From positions 93,690 to 125,689 of the forward strand of contig CAWATX010000001.1 of the NCBI GenBank assembly GCA_963785065.1: a DNA stretch of 32,000 nt. Direction: 5' to 3'. A program made the translations under genes and the position numbers. This DNA is from an uncultured Alphaproteobacteria bacterium (GTDB taxonomy: Bacteria > Pseudomonadota > Alphaproteobacteria > Rhizobiales > Kaistiaceae). Positions 31,128 to 32,000 of the stretch are shown piece after piece. Within the stretch, counting starts at the first letter, position 1. The number at the start of each line of letters is the position of its first letter. Under the pieces are notes generated by a model. It searched no databases, had not been told where the DNA came from, and was given only the letters and a program-made list of their open reading frames with translations.

Positions 31128-31760
31128 TCAGGTGAGCCCTGGCCACGCCTCGGCGACCAGACGCGCGGCGAGCACCAGCATGACCACCCCGATCAGCGTG
31201 TCGAGGACCTGCCAGGCCCTCGGCCGGGCAAAGACCGGCGCCGCCAGCCGGGCGCCGTAGCCCAGGCCATAGAACCAGATGAGCGAAGCCAGCCCCGCCC
31301 CGGCGCCGAAGGCGACAGCGCCGGTGCCGGGATGGCGGCCGGAGAGCGCGCCGATCAGCACCACCGTGTCGAGATAGACGTGCGGGTTGAGGAAGGTGAG
31401 CGCCAGGCAGGTGGCGATGGTGGCCGCGAGCCCGGCCGTGGCACGGTCGGCCGGGGTGAGTGCGCCCGGCCGCAGCGCCCTGCGGAACGAGATCAGGCCA
31501 TAGACCGCGAGGAAGACGGCACCGCCGAGGCTGACCGCGGTCAGCAGCGCCGGCGCCTCGCGGACCAGCGTGCCGAGCCCGGCGACGCCGGCGGCAATCA
31601 GAATGACATCGGAGAGGAAGCAGATGCTCGCCACCGCAAAGACGTGGCGGCGCGCCAGCCCCTGCCTGAGGACGAAGGCGTTCTGCGCCCCGATGGCGAC
31701 AATCAGACTGGCGCCGAGCAGGAAGCCCTCGATCGCGGCGGACAGAAGCGGCTCGTCCAT
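31128..31760 (-). CDS. LysE/ArgO-family amino-acid exporter.
   Basis: 210 aa. GFLLGASLIVAIGAQNAFVLRQG is the typical LysE N-terminal motif. There are about six TM helices. Confidence 0.88.
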   Translation of the reverse strand: MDEPLLSAAIEGFLLGASLIVAIGAQNAFVLRQGLARRHVFAVASICFLSDVILIAAGVAGLGTLVREAPALLTAVSLGGAVFLAVYGLISFRRALRPGALTPADRATAGLAATIATCLALTFLNPHVYLDTVVLIGALSGRHPGTGAVAFGAGAGLASLIWFYGLGYGARLAAPVFARPRAWQVLDTLIGVVMLVLAARLVAEAWPGLT

Positions 31761-31766
31761 CGCGGC

Positions 31767-32000
31767 TCAGAGCAGTCTCGGCTCGAGCGGTTCGAGCACG
31801 CCCGGATCGTCATTGTCGGCCTTGTTGACCCGGTTGGAGATGGCGACTGCTTCGAACAGATCGTCCGGCGCGGGCCTCAGCAGCGCACTCGCCTCTACCG
31901 GGTCACCGGTCAGCCATTGCTCGAAGTCCTCCGGCGCGATCACCACCGGCATGCGGTCGTGGATCGGCGCCACCGTGCCGTTGGCCGCGGTGGTGACGAT
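31767..32000 (-). CDS. SOS-response-associated peptidase (SRAP/YedK family), C-terminal part. The N-terminus lies beyond the right window edge.
   Basis: The frame is open to position 32000: IVTTAANGTVAPIHDRMPVVIAPEDFEQWL...AVAISNRVN, a typical SRAP C-terminal region. Confidence 0.75.
   Translation of the reverse strand: MVTTAANGTVAPIHDRMPVVIAPEDFEQWLTGDPVEASALLRPAPDDLFEAVAISNRVNKADNDDPGVLEPLEPRLL

Overview
High-GC, alphaproteobacterial (Rhizobiales-like) DNA. Positions about 1-24457 read as the right-hand part of an integrated conjugative element or genomic island. Its right junction is the 3-prime end of tRNA-Gln(UUG) (24458-24532, minus strand), and a tyrosine integrase stops 3 nt from that tRNA. 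The last 7.5 kb looks like ordinary chromosome: tRNA-Pro, MBL hydrolase, DUF1499, a TetR-SDR-SDR-AKR cluster, a LysE exporter and an SRAP peptidase. Island content, left to right: (1) a PAS-GGDEF-EAL gene that seems 5-prime truncated and abuts an OmpA-family fragment; (2) two metal-efflux modules, a DmeR/DmeF-like pair whose transporter carries an in-frame TGA, and a MerR regulator with a Cys-rich short CDF; (3) a complete P-type mating-pair-formation operon, trbB-C-D-E-J-(K-alt)-L-F-G-I plus DUF2274; (4) a LysR regulator; (5) a LuxR solo with a lux-box 2 nt after its stop codon; (6) a translationally coupled serine-recombinase / ParB-like / ParB-RepB-like operon with a divergent HTH gene; (7) an AbiEi/AbiEii module; (8) a Xis-like gene and the integrase. 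I saw no CRISPR array, rRNA, IS transposase, relaxase or coupling protein in the window. The best candidate for an undescribed system is the recombinase-ParB-ParB trio with its divergent HTH gene, which sits beside AbiE in the integrase-proximal accessory slot. The second candidate is the LuxR / lux-box / unexplained 400-bp / LysR arrangement. Every call rests on my own reading of the translations and motifs. No database search was run.
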